64,000 nucleotides of DNA from Pristiophorus japonicus (taxonomy: Eukaryota), in the NCBI RefSeq assembly GCF_044704955.1, contig NC_091985.1, positions 207,204,001 through 207,268,000 on the forward strand. Reading direction: 5' to 3'. Shown here piece after piece: positions 10,901 through 22,388 of this stretch. The position numbers were made by a program, and so were the translations under genes. Below the pieces are notes generated by a model. That model saw only the letters and a program-made list of their open reading frames with translations. It was not told where the DNA came from and ran no database searches. Each line of letters starts with the position of its first letter. Positions within the stretch are counted from its first letter, which is position 1.

Positions 10901-13900
10901 GAAGAGGATGGTCCAGAATCGACTGCCTTTACGTGTCTCGGGCATACGTTTCCTGTGTTCCGGCGGCCTCCATGCGGCTGGTGCCGTGTTCAGACCACCA
11001 CCTGGTGTGGGTGGAGCTCGCTTCGCTCCACGCGAGGACGGGATCCGCGTACTGGCATTTTAACAACCAGCTGCTGGAGGACGAGCGGTTCCAGGACTTG
11101 TTCTGTCATTTCTGGGCCGACTGGAGAAGGAAGCAGGGGGACTTCCCCTCCTTGAGGTTATGGTGGGACATGGGCAAGATTCACGTCCGTGTCTTCTACC
11201 AAGAGTATGCGAGGGGGTCGACCAAGGTGCGGGCCTAGAAAAAGAGGTGCTCGACCTGGAATCCCGTCTCAGTCAGGTCGTCGAGGACCTGGCCCTGCGG
11301 ATGGTGTACGAAGCGTAGAAGGCCGCGCTGAAGGACTGCAGTTCGTCAGGTCCCGAGGCGCGTTCGTGACGTCGCGGATCCGGTTCCTGCGGGATCTGGA
11401 CCGCGGCTCCCCCTTCTTCTACTCGCTGGAAAAAAGACAGGGTGTCCGTAAGCAGCTCTTGACGTTGCTGGCCGATGATGGCTCTCTGTCTCAGATCTGG
11501 AGGGCGTCAGCAACAGGGCCCGAGGATATTATGGGGCTCTGTTCTCTCCGGAGCCGTCCAGCTAGGAAGTGCGTAGAGTTTTGTGGGAGGACCTACCGAA
11601 GGTCGGCCCGGAGGGCGCCGAAAATCTGGAAGCTCCGCTAAGCCTGGCGCCCTCCACTGGCTATCGAGGGGAAAAGCCCCAGGGCTGGACGGGCTGACCC
11701 ATGGAGTTCCACAGGGCGTTCTGGGACGTCCTGGGGGGTGACAACGTGCGGGTCCTGGGGGAAAGTCTGGCAACTGGGGAGATGAAGGGCAGTCATCGTC
11801 CTGCTGCCTAAGAAGGGCGATCTCCGCCTACTTAAGAACTGGCGCTCAGTCTCCCTCCTCAGCACGGACTACAAAATCTTTGGCAGGGTGATGTCTGCTC
11901 GCCTTGGCACTGTGCTGGACCACATAATCCACCCCGACCAGTCCTACACAGTCCCGGGCCGGACAATCCACGATAACATCCATCTGGTTCGGGACCTCAT
12001 CCATCATTCCCAGGAGGCTGGTCTGTCGGTCACCTTCCTATCCCTCGACCAAGAGAAGGCGTTTGACAGGGTGGATCACGACTATCTGTTCGGAACTCTG
12101 CGCGCTTTCGGGTTCGGGACGCATTTCGTCACCCGGATCCGACTTTTGTATGCCACCGCGGAGTGTCTGATTAAGGTTAATGGGTCCTTGATGGTGCCCC
12201 TTCGCTTTAGGAGTGGGGTGCGCCAGGGATGCCCCATGTCCAGCCAGTTATATGCCATCTGCGTGGAGCCTTTCCTGTGCCTCCTGCGGACGAGGTTGAC
12301 AGGACTGGCTCTGCAAGGGCTGGGCATGGAGGTCGTCCTCTCAGCTTACGCCGATGATGTGCTCCTCACGGTAGAGGATCCCACTGACCTGCGGAGGATG
12401 CGTGAGTGCCAGCAGATTTACTCAGCCGCATCCTTCGCCAGTATCAACTGGGAGAAATGTTCCGGACTCCTGGTGGGTCAGTGGTGAGTGGACTCCCTGC
12501 CAGAGGAGCTCAGGCCTTTTGCCTGGAGCACGACCCATCTCCTCTATCTGGAAGTCTACCTGAGCCCTGACGAGGAAGCCTGACCGGCGAACTGGCAAGA
12601 GCTGGAGGCCAAGGTCGCCGTTCGCCTCGGGCGCTGGACAAGACTGCTCGAAGTGCTGTCCTACAGGGGTCGAGTGCCAGCTGGTGGCCGCTATGCTGTG
12701 GTACCGGCTGGTCACTTTGACCCCTCCCCCTGCGTTTGTCGCCAAGATACAGAAGAAGCTGGTGGACTTCTTCTGGAACAACAGGAAGCACTGGGTCTCT
12801 GCGGCGGTCTTGAGTCTCCCGCTTAGGGAGGGCGGTCAGTTGTTGGTGTGCGTCAGCACCCAGCTAGCGACTTTCCGTCTTCAGACCCTGCAGAGATACC
12901 TTTACGTTGAGCCCCCTCCCAGGTGGCGTGCACTGGTGACGCATTTCTTCCGCCAGCAGCACAGCCTCAACTACAACATGCAGCTCCTGTTTGTGAGCTT
13001 GGGGGGCATCAGGACCACCGTCGAGGGGCTGCCTGTCTTTTACCAGGAACTCATCAGGGTCTGGACAAAGTTTCCACCAAGCGCAGCTCTCCACCGGCTG
13101 GAGTGGCAGCTGTCCTGCAGGAGCCGCTGCTCGGGAATCCGTACCTCCACGACCGAGGTTTCAGGTGGCAGTCGAACAAGAGGGCTGCGGCTGGCGAGGT
13201 GACCAGGGTCAGGGACCTGCTCAATGATGGAGGAGCAGGCTGGATGACGCCAGACATGCTGGCTTGGCACCTAAATTCGGCCGAAGTCCGCTGCATGGCC
13301 AATGCCATTGAGTCGCTAAAAACAGCTCTGGGCCCTGACTCCATTAGGTGTGTCGAGGAGGCTCAAGCACGTGAGGAGATCCCGTCCGAACTGCCCCCCG
13401 TCCGGACAGAATTCCTCATCGGTGCCAAACCGCGGAACCTCCCTTGGGAGCCGGCGCCTCACAACTTGAGCCACCTCGGGGAAATCCCCTCCGTGCCTTT
13501 CAGTTCTGCATGGAGGGGTTTCCTGTACAGGCTGCTCCTGCACACTCAACTTTGCCATCCTCGTCTGCCATCCGGACACTCCATGGCGTACCATCTTGCC
13601 ATCTGGAGGAGGCAGGGGTCCCCGATGGAATGCACTCTATGCGGGAGTTCTCCCATTATTTATCGGGGACTTGGCCTGGAAGGTGGTACACGGAGCAGTC
13701 CCATGCAATAAATGTTTAAGTTGGTTCACGGGCTCCCAGGCCGCCTGCAATTTCTGCGGTCTGGAAGAGTCCCTGTTCCATTATTTAAAGGGGCTGCTCC
13801 TCAATTTCTGGCTGCACTTCAGTCCCACATTCCTGATCTTTGGGCACCCTGTGCAGAGGGGAGCGGGTAGGTCCGAAGGCCTTCTTGTAGGACTGCTCCT

Positions 13901-14329
13901 GGGCACGGTCAAGGGTGCCATCAGCCGGTCCAGGCAGCGGGCGGTCGAGGGGGTCGTTCAGCCTGACTGCCTGCCTTTCTTCCGTGCTTACATCCGGGCC
14001 AGGGTGTCCCTAGAGATGGAGCACGCGGTGTCCACCGGTACGCTCGCGGCCTTCTGCGAGAGGTAGGTGCCGGAGGGACTGGAGTGCATTGTCACCCCCG
14101 GCACCAAATTTTAATATGATTTTATATGTTTTGAAGTTTGATTTGTTTTAATTGCTGGGTTTTAGTGTCTCCCTTCCCTTTTATAGGGGACACTTGTAAA
14201 TTATGGTTTTTCTGCCCCAAAAAAACCCCACAAAAATAACCCAAAAAAAAAGGGCACAGAAAAGTGTTTGGAGTGTCCCCCAGATCTGGGGGCACTTGGA
14301 TTAATTTATGATGTTTTCCCCAAAAGAGT
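7967..14329 (+). mobile_element. Tx1-like (L1 clade) non-LTR retrotransposon, near full length, decayed
   Basis: ORF1 ~8329-10362 has a CCHC knuckle (CHACREVGHVRKNC). ORF2 from the ATG at 10375 to ~14117 has an APE endonuclease (LNING, LQETH, GDFN, SRID, SDH), RT (LDQEKAFDRV, GVRQGCP, YADD) and a C-terminal CNFC..EESLFH motif. Both ORFs carry many stops and frameshifts. Confidence 0.92.
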
Positions 14330-14632
14330 TGTGCTGTAAAGGGCCTATTTCCCTTAGCACAGGGGACAGAAATTTAAAGTAATTGGCAGAAGGTTTAGAG
14401 GGGAAATTTCTTCACGCAGAGGGTGGGGATCTGGAATTCATTGCCTGAATGGGTGGTCGAGGCAGAAATCCTCACCACATTTAAAACTACTTGGATGTGC
14501 ACTTGAAGTGCCATAACCTGCAGGGTTACGGACCTGGAGCTGGAAAGTGGGATTAGGCTGGATAACCTTTTGTTGGCCGGCACGGACACGATAGGCCGAA
14601 GTGGCATCCTTCCGTCCTGGAAGCTTCGATGA
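14330..14632 (+). mobile_element. CR1 3' fragment; the first ~140 bp is the right copy of the direct repeat
   Basis: Similar to the CR1 3' end at 32150-32460. The empty site CCGTAAATGTCTA is present in the paralogous unit at ~19045-19057. Confidence 0.8.
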
Positions 14633-14642
14633 TAAATGTCTA

Positions 14643-14938
<296 letters not shown>

Positions 14939-15369
14939 CTAAACTGGCCGGCTAAGGAAGAGAAATACACAGCCCGGGAACGGCCGGAGCTCCCGGGAAC
15001 AGAACCAGCATTCAAACTCTCAAACCAGACCATAATTAAACTAGGCCCTTTTAATAACAGCCGACTCTCTTCATACAGCTTTCATTGATAGACTAAAGAA
15101 TATTTAAGGAACCGGTTGCAGTATTTATACAAGTTTTGAGGCTCTGACAACTGTAGTTTAATTATTAGCTGCTAACTCGAACAGTTTGGGTGAGCAGAGA
15201 ACCGTAATGCAGATACCAGGAACTGAAAACTCCCGCACACAGGTCTGAAACAGACCAATTTATCGGTACCTGAACTGAAGGTCTCCAATAATACAGTAAG
15301 CAGCCCTTTCAGATACTGTGAGCGGCTCTGAAAAAAGCCTTTGGGTTATTAGATTAAATCTTATCCGCT

Positions 15370-15742
15370 TTACTTGCTCTTGGACGAAGTGGTGGTTTTC
15401 TTGGGCAGCACTAGGCAGCACCCCACCCTGAGCGATGGTCACCTTTCCCAGCAGCTTGTTGAGCTCCTCGTCGTTGCGGATGGCCAGCTGCAGGTGTCTG
15501 GGGATGATGCGGGTCTTCTTGTTGTCGCGGGCCGCGTTGCCGGCCAGCTCCAGGATTTCAGCGGTCAGATACTCGAGCACAGCAGCCATGTAGACCTGGG
15601 CTCCGGCACCCACACGCTGAACGTAGTTCCCCTTTCGCAGGAGCCTGTGAACACGGCCCACAGGGAACTGCAGTCCAGCCCGGGAGGAGCGAGACTTGGC
15701 CTTGGCCCGAGCTTTACCGCTGGTTTTTCCTCTTCCAGACAT
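15370..15742 (-). pseudogene. H2A: Histone H2A pseudogene (C-terminal frameshift)
   Basis: H2A frame to ...IAQGGVLP, then a ~14-nt deletion removes NIQAV and shifts the frame. Also GAGAPVY>GAGAQVY. Stem-loop variant GGCTTTTTTCAGAGCC at 15324-15339. Confidence 0.9.
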
Positions 15743-16676
15743 TTCCACAATCCGCAGGTTCAGACAAGGAATGAGAAACTCCTCCCATATCTGCCCTTCT
15801 TATACCTTCTGGAGGGATGCAGGGAGCCAACTTGTGATTGGTCACTCTGTGGTGGATTTCATTGGCCGTTTCCGATGACCAATCACAGCCTGTTTAGTCC
15901 ACCAAAGAAAGGAGGGCGGAAATTACTGGTTCCCAACAATCAGAATCTAACGATTTTTAAAATTCAAAAATCCCGCCAATAATTGTTAAAATTGCGGATT
16001 ATGTTAGTAACTTCACCGTTAGCCATATATTTCTAAACAATTTGTTTCCTTTTGTCTTATTCCATGTTTGCCTTGCAAATTCCAGCCTGTTACAATCAAG
16101 ATTAAATTCGGCTTCAGCTTCAAACTGTCTGTAACGGGCGGGACTCAGTCCCCACTGATTCTGTAACGGGACACATTCCAGCTCCAGCTTTGTAAAAGTG
16201 AACTTGTTTTCACAGGAGCTGCTGTGGGGGTGAGACCAGAACGGAGAATCCTTCTGTGAAAAAAGAGGGACAGAGTGTTCAAACTGCCCCTGTTCTAGTC
16301 TCTAAGAACTCCCATTCTGGGTTGTTACACTGCGGGGAGTCTCGGGTTAATAAACAGACTGAGCGCAATGGAATAAAACAAAACGTGAAAAGGGCTTGAG
16401 TGAGAATGTGACTGAAATCGGAGTTTCCTCGCCCCCCAAAATAAATTCGTCGGCAGGCGCTGTTAATGAACGGGTCTGAGAACAAAGTGAAAGCGACCAG
16501 GGACGTGTTTGTAGTTGACTCTGCAGGAAATTCCAGCGACACCAAGGTCGAACCCCTCAGTGAAGCTGCTTATGAGAATTCAAAACTAAATCTACAGCTG
16601 GAACTGTAAAGGTTCTCATACACAGTTGTTCGGGAAATAATTATAGTAAATTCAGTCTAAAGGGAGATGTATTTGT

Positions 16677-16718
16677 GCAGCTCTTTTAATGATGTTGTGG
16701 GTGGCTCTTAAAAGAGCC
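16677..16718 (-). terminator. Histone stem-loop and HDE of H2B copy 2
   Basis: Minus strand GGCTCTTTTAAGAGCC-ACCCA (16703-16718) and AAAAGAGCTG. Confidence 0.95.
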
Positions 16719-16758
16719 GTTGTGTTTGGGGTTTGTTCTGTCAGGACAGTGTGGAGTT

Positions 16759-17133
16759 TTACTTGGAGCTGGTGTATTTGGTCACCGCCTTTGTCCCTTC
16801 CGACACGGCGTGCTTGGCCAGCTCACCGGGCAGTAGCAGGCGCACGGCGGTCTGGATCTCCCGGGAGCTGATGGTGCGGCGCTTGTTGTAATGGGCTAGG
16901 CGGGAAGCCTCACCCGCGATGCGCTCGAAAATATCGTTCACAAACGAGTTCATAATGCCCATGGCCTTGGAGGAGATCCCGGTGTCGGGGTGAACCTGCT
17001 TCATCACTTTGTAGATGTAGATGGAGTAACTCTCCTTCCTCGACTTTCGGCGCTTCTTACCGCCCTTTGGTGGTGTTTTCTTGATAACTTTCTTGGCACC
17101 CTTTTTTGAAGCTGGTTTCTTTTCCTCAGGCAT
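16759..17133 (-). CDS. H2B: Histone H2B, intact (124 aa)
   Basis: Complete H2B ORF from the ATG at 17133, with promoter and stem-loop intact. Confidence 0.96.
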   Translation of the reverse strand: MPEEKKPASKKGAKKVIKKTPPKGGKKRRKSRKESYSIYIYKVMKQVHPDTGISSKAMGIMNSFVNDIFERIAGEASRLAHYNKRRTISSREIQTAVRLLLPGELAKHAVSEGTKAVTKYTSSK

Positions 17134-17710
17134 CGTCTTGTTCAGTCGGGCACAGATATGAAACAAATTCTGCTCCAGGCTAGCATTATATAGGCAGCCC
17201 CACACTCCGCCCACAGCCCTATGCTAATGAGGAATTGTTGAAGGCAATAACTATGATTGGTTCATTGGCTGCGTTGTCAATTTCCATTGTTCTGTATCTC
17301 CCTGATTGGTCTCTTTAAACATCCAATCAGATTTATTGCTCGCCACAATCTCAAATTCTTAAATGAGGTCATCAATTGCATCCCCTCCCGATTTGTACTC
17401 TGTTCTTTATGTTTCTGTTCTGCTCTCAGGTAAAAATGGTTAATGACGGCCGGACTTATGAGCAAGTTTCATTCACATCTTTTCCTATATATATATCTGA
17501 ACAGCAAACTCGCTGCTGTGTTTGTCGATCTAGATTTTTATATGTTCGAGACATTGACCGGTTTGTAACCGAGATTGCCTGAGGGTCACTTCTGATCAGG
17601 ACTTGGGAGTCCTTCTCTGAGGGCAAGGGGCCCTCACTGTCTTTCCGCCCTGATGCTGCCTTTCTCCCATCGTTTAATTCAACACTGTTCTTATCTGCCA
17701 CTGCTGTAAC

Positions 17711-19002
17711 ATGGATGTAACAGCACGAATTTATGAAGGGGAAGTCATGTTGGACAAATTTGCTGCAATTCTTTGAGGATGTAACGAACAGGGTGGATAA
17801 AGGGGAAGCAGTAGATGTGGTGTATTTGGACTTCCAGAAGGCATTTTCAAGGTGCCACATAAAAGGTTACTCACTGCACAAGATAAAAGTTCATGGGGTT
17901 GGGGGTAATATATTAGCATGGATAGAGGATTGGCTAACGAACAGAAACCAGAGAGTCGGGCTAAATGGTTCATTCTCACGTTGGCAATCAGTACCCAATG
18001 GGATGCCACAGGGATCAGTGCTGGGACCCCATCTATTTATGATCTATATTAACGACTTGGAAGAAGGGACCGAGTGTAACACAGCCAAGTTTGCTAACGA
18101 TACATAGATGGGAGGAAAAGCAATGTGCGAGGACACAAACATTCTGCAAAAGGACATAGACAGGCTAAGTGAGTGAGCAAGAATTTGGCAGATGGAGTAT
18201 AATATTGGAAAGTGTGAGGTCATGCACTTTGGCAGAAAAAAATCAAAGAGCAAGTTATTATTTCAATGGCAAAAGATTGCAAAGTGCTGCAGTACAGCGG
18301 GATCTGGGGGTACTTGTGCATGAAACACAAAAGGTCAGTATGCAGGTACAGCAAGTGATCAGGAAGGCCAATGGAATCTTGGCTTTTATTGCAAATGGGA
18401 TGGAGTATAAAAGCAGGGAAATCTTGCTACAGTTGTACAGGGTATTGGTGAGGCTACACCTGGAATACTGCATGCAATTTTGGTTTCCATATTTACAAAA
18501 GGATATACTTGCTTTGGAGGCAGTTCAGAGAAGGTTCACAAGGTTGATTCCGGAATGAGGGAGTTGACTTATGGGGAAAGGTTGAGTAGGTTGGGCCTCG
18601 ACTCATTGGAATTCAGAAGATTGAGAGGTGATCTTATCGAAACATATAAGATTATGAGGGGGCTTGACAAGGTGAACGAGAGAGGATGTTCCCACTGCTA
18701 GGGGAGACTAGAACTAGAGGTCTTAATCTTAGAATAAGAGGCCGCCCATTTAAAACTGAGATGAGGAGAAATTTCTTCTCTGAGGGTTGTGAATCTGTGG
18801 AATTCGCTGCCTCAGAGAGCTGTGGAAGCTGGAACATTGAATAAATTTAAGACAGAAACAGACAGTTTCTTAAACGATAAGTGAATAAGGGTTTATGGGG
18901 CAGGGAAGTAGTCCATGATCGTATTAAATGACAGAGCAGGTTCGAGGGGCCGTATGGCCTACACCTGCTCCTATTTCTTATGTTTTTATGTTCTTATGTT
19001 CT
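17711..19002 (+). mobile_element. CR1 LINE, 5'-truncated (RT to 3' tail)
   Basis: YLDFQKAF, PQGSVLGP, KFANDT motifs and a (TTCTTATG)n tail. Empty site CTGCTGTAAC|TATATTAG at 7771-7788; apparent TSD TAAC. Confidence 0.92.
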
Positions 19003-19226
19003 AACTACATTAGTTGTTTCAGTATTACCTTCATCTGGAATGCTCCGTAAATGTCTATGATTCGAAAACTAAAAGGACATTCTGTCCATCGTGTATATGC
19101 TGATTTAAAACACCTAACACCACAATATCGATTTTGGCAAAAAAACATATCTATGCAGAACAAAATGTAAATCAACTATCTCGCCCCCGTTCCCCGGGTC
19201 ACTGCTCTCTCTGTGAGGCGGTGGGT

Positions 19227-19497
19227 GGCTCTGAGAAGAGCCTTTGTGTTGTGCTTGGGGGAAAGGTCGCGTTGTTCAGCCGCCGAACCCATCGAGAGTG
19301 CGGCCCTGCTGTTTCAGAGCGTAGACCACATCCATGGCAGTGACCGTCTTGCGCTTGGCGTGCTCAGTGTCGGTGTCCGCATCGCGGATCACATTCTCCA
19401 GGAAAACCTTCAGTATCACGCGGGTCTTCTCGTAGATCAGGCCCGAGATTCGCTTGACTTTGCCTTTACCCAATCCTTTGCCTCCTCATCCAGTCAT
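19227..19497 (-). pseudogene. H4: Histone H4 pseudogene (CDS 19276-19497) with intact stem-loop (19227-19242)
   Basis: ATG ACT GGA TGA places a stop at codon 4. The CDS is 90 nt shorter than H4 because of N-terminal deletions and has several missense changes. Confidence 0.92.
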
Positions 19498-20370
19498 GGT
19501 GATTCTTTACTCAAATCACCGCTGAATGTTAATCTCTCGCCTTACCCATTGTCTGTTGAGACCACCAATGAAACGAGGGCGGAAATTCCTGTCAACAGTC
19601 AGACCTTGAACGATTTTTAATTTCAAAAACACCGCCAATAATTTTTTTAAGTGCGGATTATGTTAATAAATTCACCATTAGCCAAAGGTTTACAAACAGG
19701 TTTTACTTCCTTTTATTTTATTCCATATTTCCCTTACAAATTCCAGACTGTTAAAATCAGGATTAAATTCGCGTTCACTGTCAATCTGTCTGTAACGGAC
19801 GGCAATCAATCCCCACTGACTCTGTAACGGGACACATTCCAGCTCAAACTGTGTAAAAGTTGGGAATCACAGATCATGGATCGATCCTCCGCACAGGGGG
19901 AAGTGAGACCAGAACTGGAAGTCCTTCTGTGAAAAGGGAAGAGGGACAGAGTGTTCACACTGCTCCCGTTCTGGTCTCTGTACGAACTCCCATTCTCGGT
20001 TTTTACACTGGGGGAGTTCCGGGTTAATACACGGATTGACCTGCAACAGGAATTGAAAAATAAATTCGAAAGGGGCTTGCGAATGAGGTGACTGAAATGT
20101 GAGTCTCATCCCCTAAACAAGCTCCTAATTCATCGACAGGCGCTGTAAATGGGAACGAGCGACAAGGAACCGTGTTTGTAGATTGAATGGCGGGAAATTC
20201 AACAGCGGCCTAACGTCGAACCGGACAGTGAAGCTGCTTATGAGAAATCAAAACTAAATCCACAGCTGGAACTGCAAAGGTTCTCAAACACACATGTTCA
20301 GGAAATAATTACAGTAAATGGAGTCTAAAGGGTGATGCGCTTGTGCAGCTCTTTCAGAGAGGCTGTGGGT

Positions 20371-20544
20371 GGCTCTTAAAAGAGCCGTTGTGTTTGGGGT
20401 TTGTTCTGTCAGGACAGCGTGGAGTTTTACTTGGAGCTGGTGTACTTGGTCACCGCCTTTGTCCCTTCCGACACGGCGTGCTTGGCCAGCTCCCCGGGCA
20501 GCAGCAGGCGCACGGCGGTCTGGATCACCCGGGAACTGATGGTG
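20371..20544 (-). pseudogene. H2B: Histone H2B 3' fragment (20427-20544) with stem-loop (20371-20386)
   Basis: [38 protein letters not shown]; the 5' part is replaced by satellite DNA. Confidence 0.9.
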
Positions 20545-20748
20545 TCAGATTCTGGTATGTGAGTGTGTATTTAATTCTGTACCTATCTATCTCTGGTATA
20601 TGAGTGTGGCATTTAATCTGTACCCGTCAGTTACTGGTATATGATTGTGGGGGTTATTCTGTACCTCTCAGTTTCGGTTATGTGATTGTGGGTTTTAATC
20701 GGTACCGGTCACTCTCTAATATGTGAGGGTGGTGTTTATTCTGTACCT

Positions 20749-22388
20749 TGTACATGGCCTTCTTCGACCTTACAAAGGCCTTTGACAATATCAACCACGA
20801 GGGTCTATGGAGCGTCCTCCTTTGTTTCGGATGCCCCCAAAAATTAGTCACCATCCTCTGTCTGCTCCACCGCGAGATGCAGGCCGTGATCCTTACCAAC
20901 AGATCCATCACAGAGCCAATCCATGTCCAAACTGGGGTCAAACAGGGCTGGGACTTCACCCCAACCCTCTTCTCAATCTTTCTCGCTGCCATGCTCCACC
21001 TCACAGTCAACAAGCTTACCACTAGAGTGGAACTAAACTACAGAACCAGTGGGAACCTGTTCAACCTTCGTCGACTCCAGGTCAGGTCCAACATAAGAAT
21101 TAGGAACAGGAGTCGGCCATCTAGCCCCTCGAGCCTGCTCCGCCATTCAACAAGATCATGGCTGATCTGGCCGTGGACTCAGCTCCACTTAACCGCCCGC
21201 TTCCCGTAATCTTTAATTCCCTTATTGTTTAAAAATCTATCTATCTGTGATTTGAATACATTCAATGAGCTAGCCTCAACTGCTTCCTTGGGCAAAGAAT
21301 TCCACAGATTCACAACCCTCTGGGAGAAGAAATTCCTTCTCCCAGAGGGTTGTGAATCTGTGGAATTCTGTGTCTGGCATGCAAATCCAAGATCACCCCA
21401 ACCTCTGTCATCAAGCTACAGTACGCAGACGACGCCTGCATCTGCGTAAATACAGAGGCTGAACTCCAGGACATAGTCGACGTATTCACTGAGGAGTACG
21501 AAAGTATGGGCCTTACACTAAACATCCGTAAGACAAAAGGTCCTCCACCAACCTGTCCCCACTGCACATCACTGCCCCTCAGTCATCAAGATCTACGGTG
21601 TGACCCTGGACAACATGGACCATTTCCCATACCTCGGAAGCCTCATATCAACAAGAGTAGACATTGATGAGGAGATTCAACACCGCCTCCAGTGCACCCA
21701 TGCAGCCTTCGGCTGTCTGAAGAAGAGTGTTCAAAGACCAGGCCCTCAAATCTGCCACAAAGCTCATGGTCTACAGGGCTGTAGTAATACCCGCCCTCCT
21801 GTATGGCTCAGAGACATGGACCATGTACAGTAGACACCTCAAGTCGCTGGAGAAATATCACCAACTATGTCTCCACAAGATCCTGCAGGTCCCCTGGGAG
21901 GACAGACTCACCAACGTTAATGTCCTTGACTGGGCCAATATCCCCAGCATTGAAGCACTGACCACACTTTATCAGCTCCGCTGGGCAGGCCACATTGTTC
22001 GCATGCCAGACACAAGATTCCCAAAGCAAGCGCTCTACTCAGAACGTCTTCATGGCAAACGAGCCAAAGGCGGACAAAGGGAACGTTACAAGGACACCCT
22101 CAAAGCCTCCCTGATAAAGTGCAACATCCCCACTGACACCTGGGAGTCCCTGGCCAAAGATGGCCCTAAGTGGAGCACCTCGAGTCTCATCGCCGAGAGC
22201 ATGCAGAAATCAAGCGCAGGCAGCGGAAAGAGCATGTGGCAAACCAATTCCATCCATCCTTTCCCACAATGACTATCTGTCCCACCTGTGACAGGGACTG
22301 TGGTTCTCGTATTGTATTGTTCAGTCACCTAAGGACACATTTTTAGAGTGGAAGCAAGTCTTCTTCGATTCCGAGGGACTGCCTATGA
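20749..22388 (+). mobile_element. RTE-clade LINE, 5'-truncated, with nested CR1 piece
   Basis: FFDLTKAFD, TGVKQG, YADD, FPYLGS, LLYGSETW, LRWAGHIVRM motifs; 3' end GATTCCGAGGGACTGCCTATGA. Confidence 0.9.
21090..21369 (-). mobile_element. CR1 3' end with a fold-back inverted duplication
   Basis: Tail AACATAAGAATTAGGAACAGGAG at 21090; perfect 34-bp inverted arms at 21296-21329 and 21336-21369. Confidence 0.85.
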
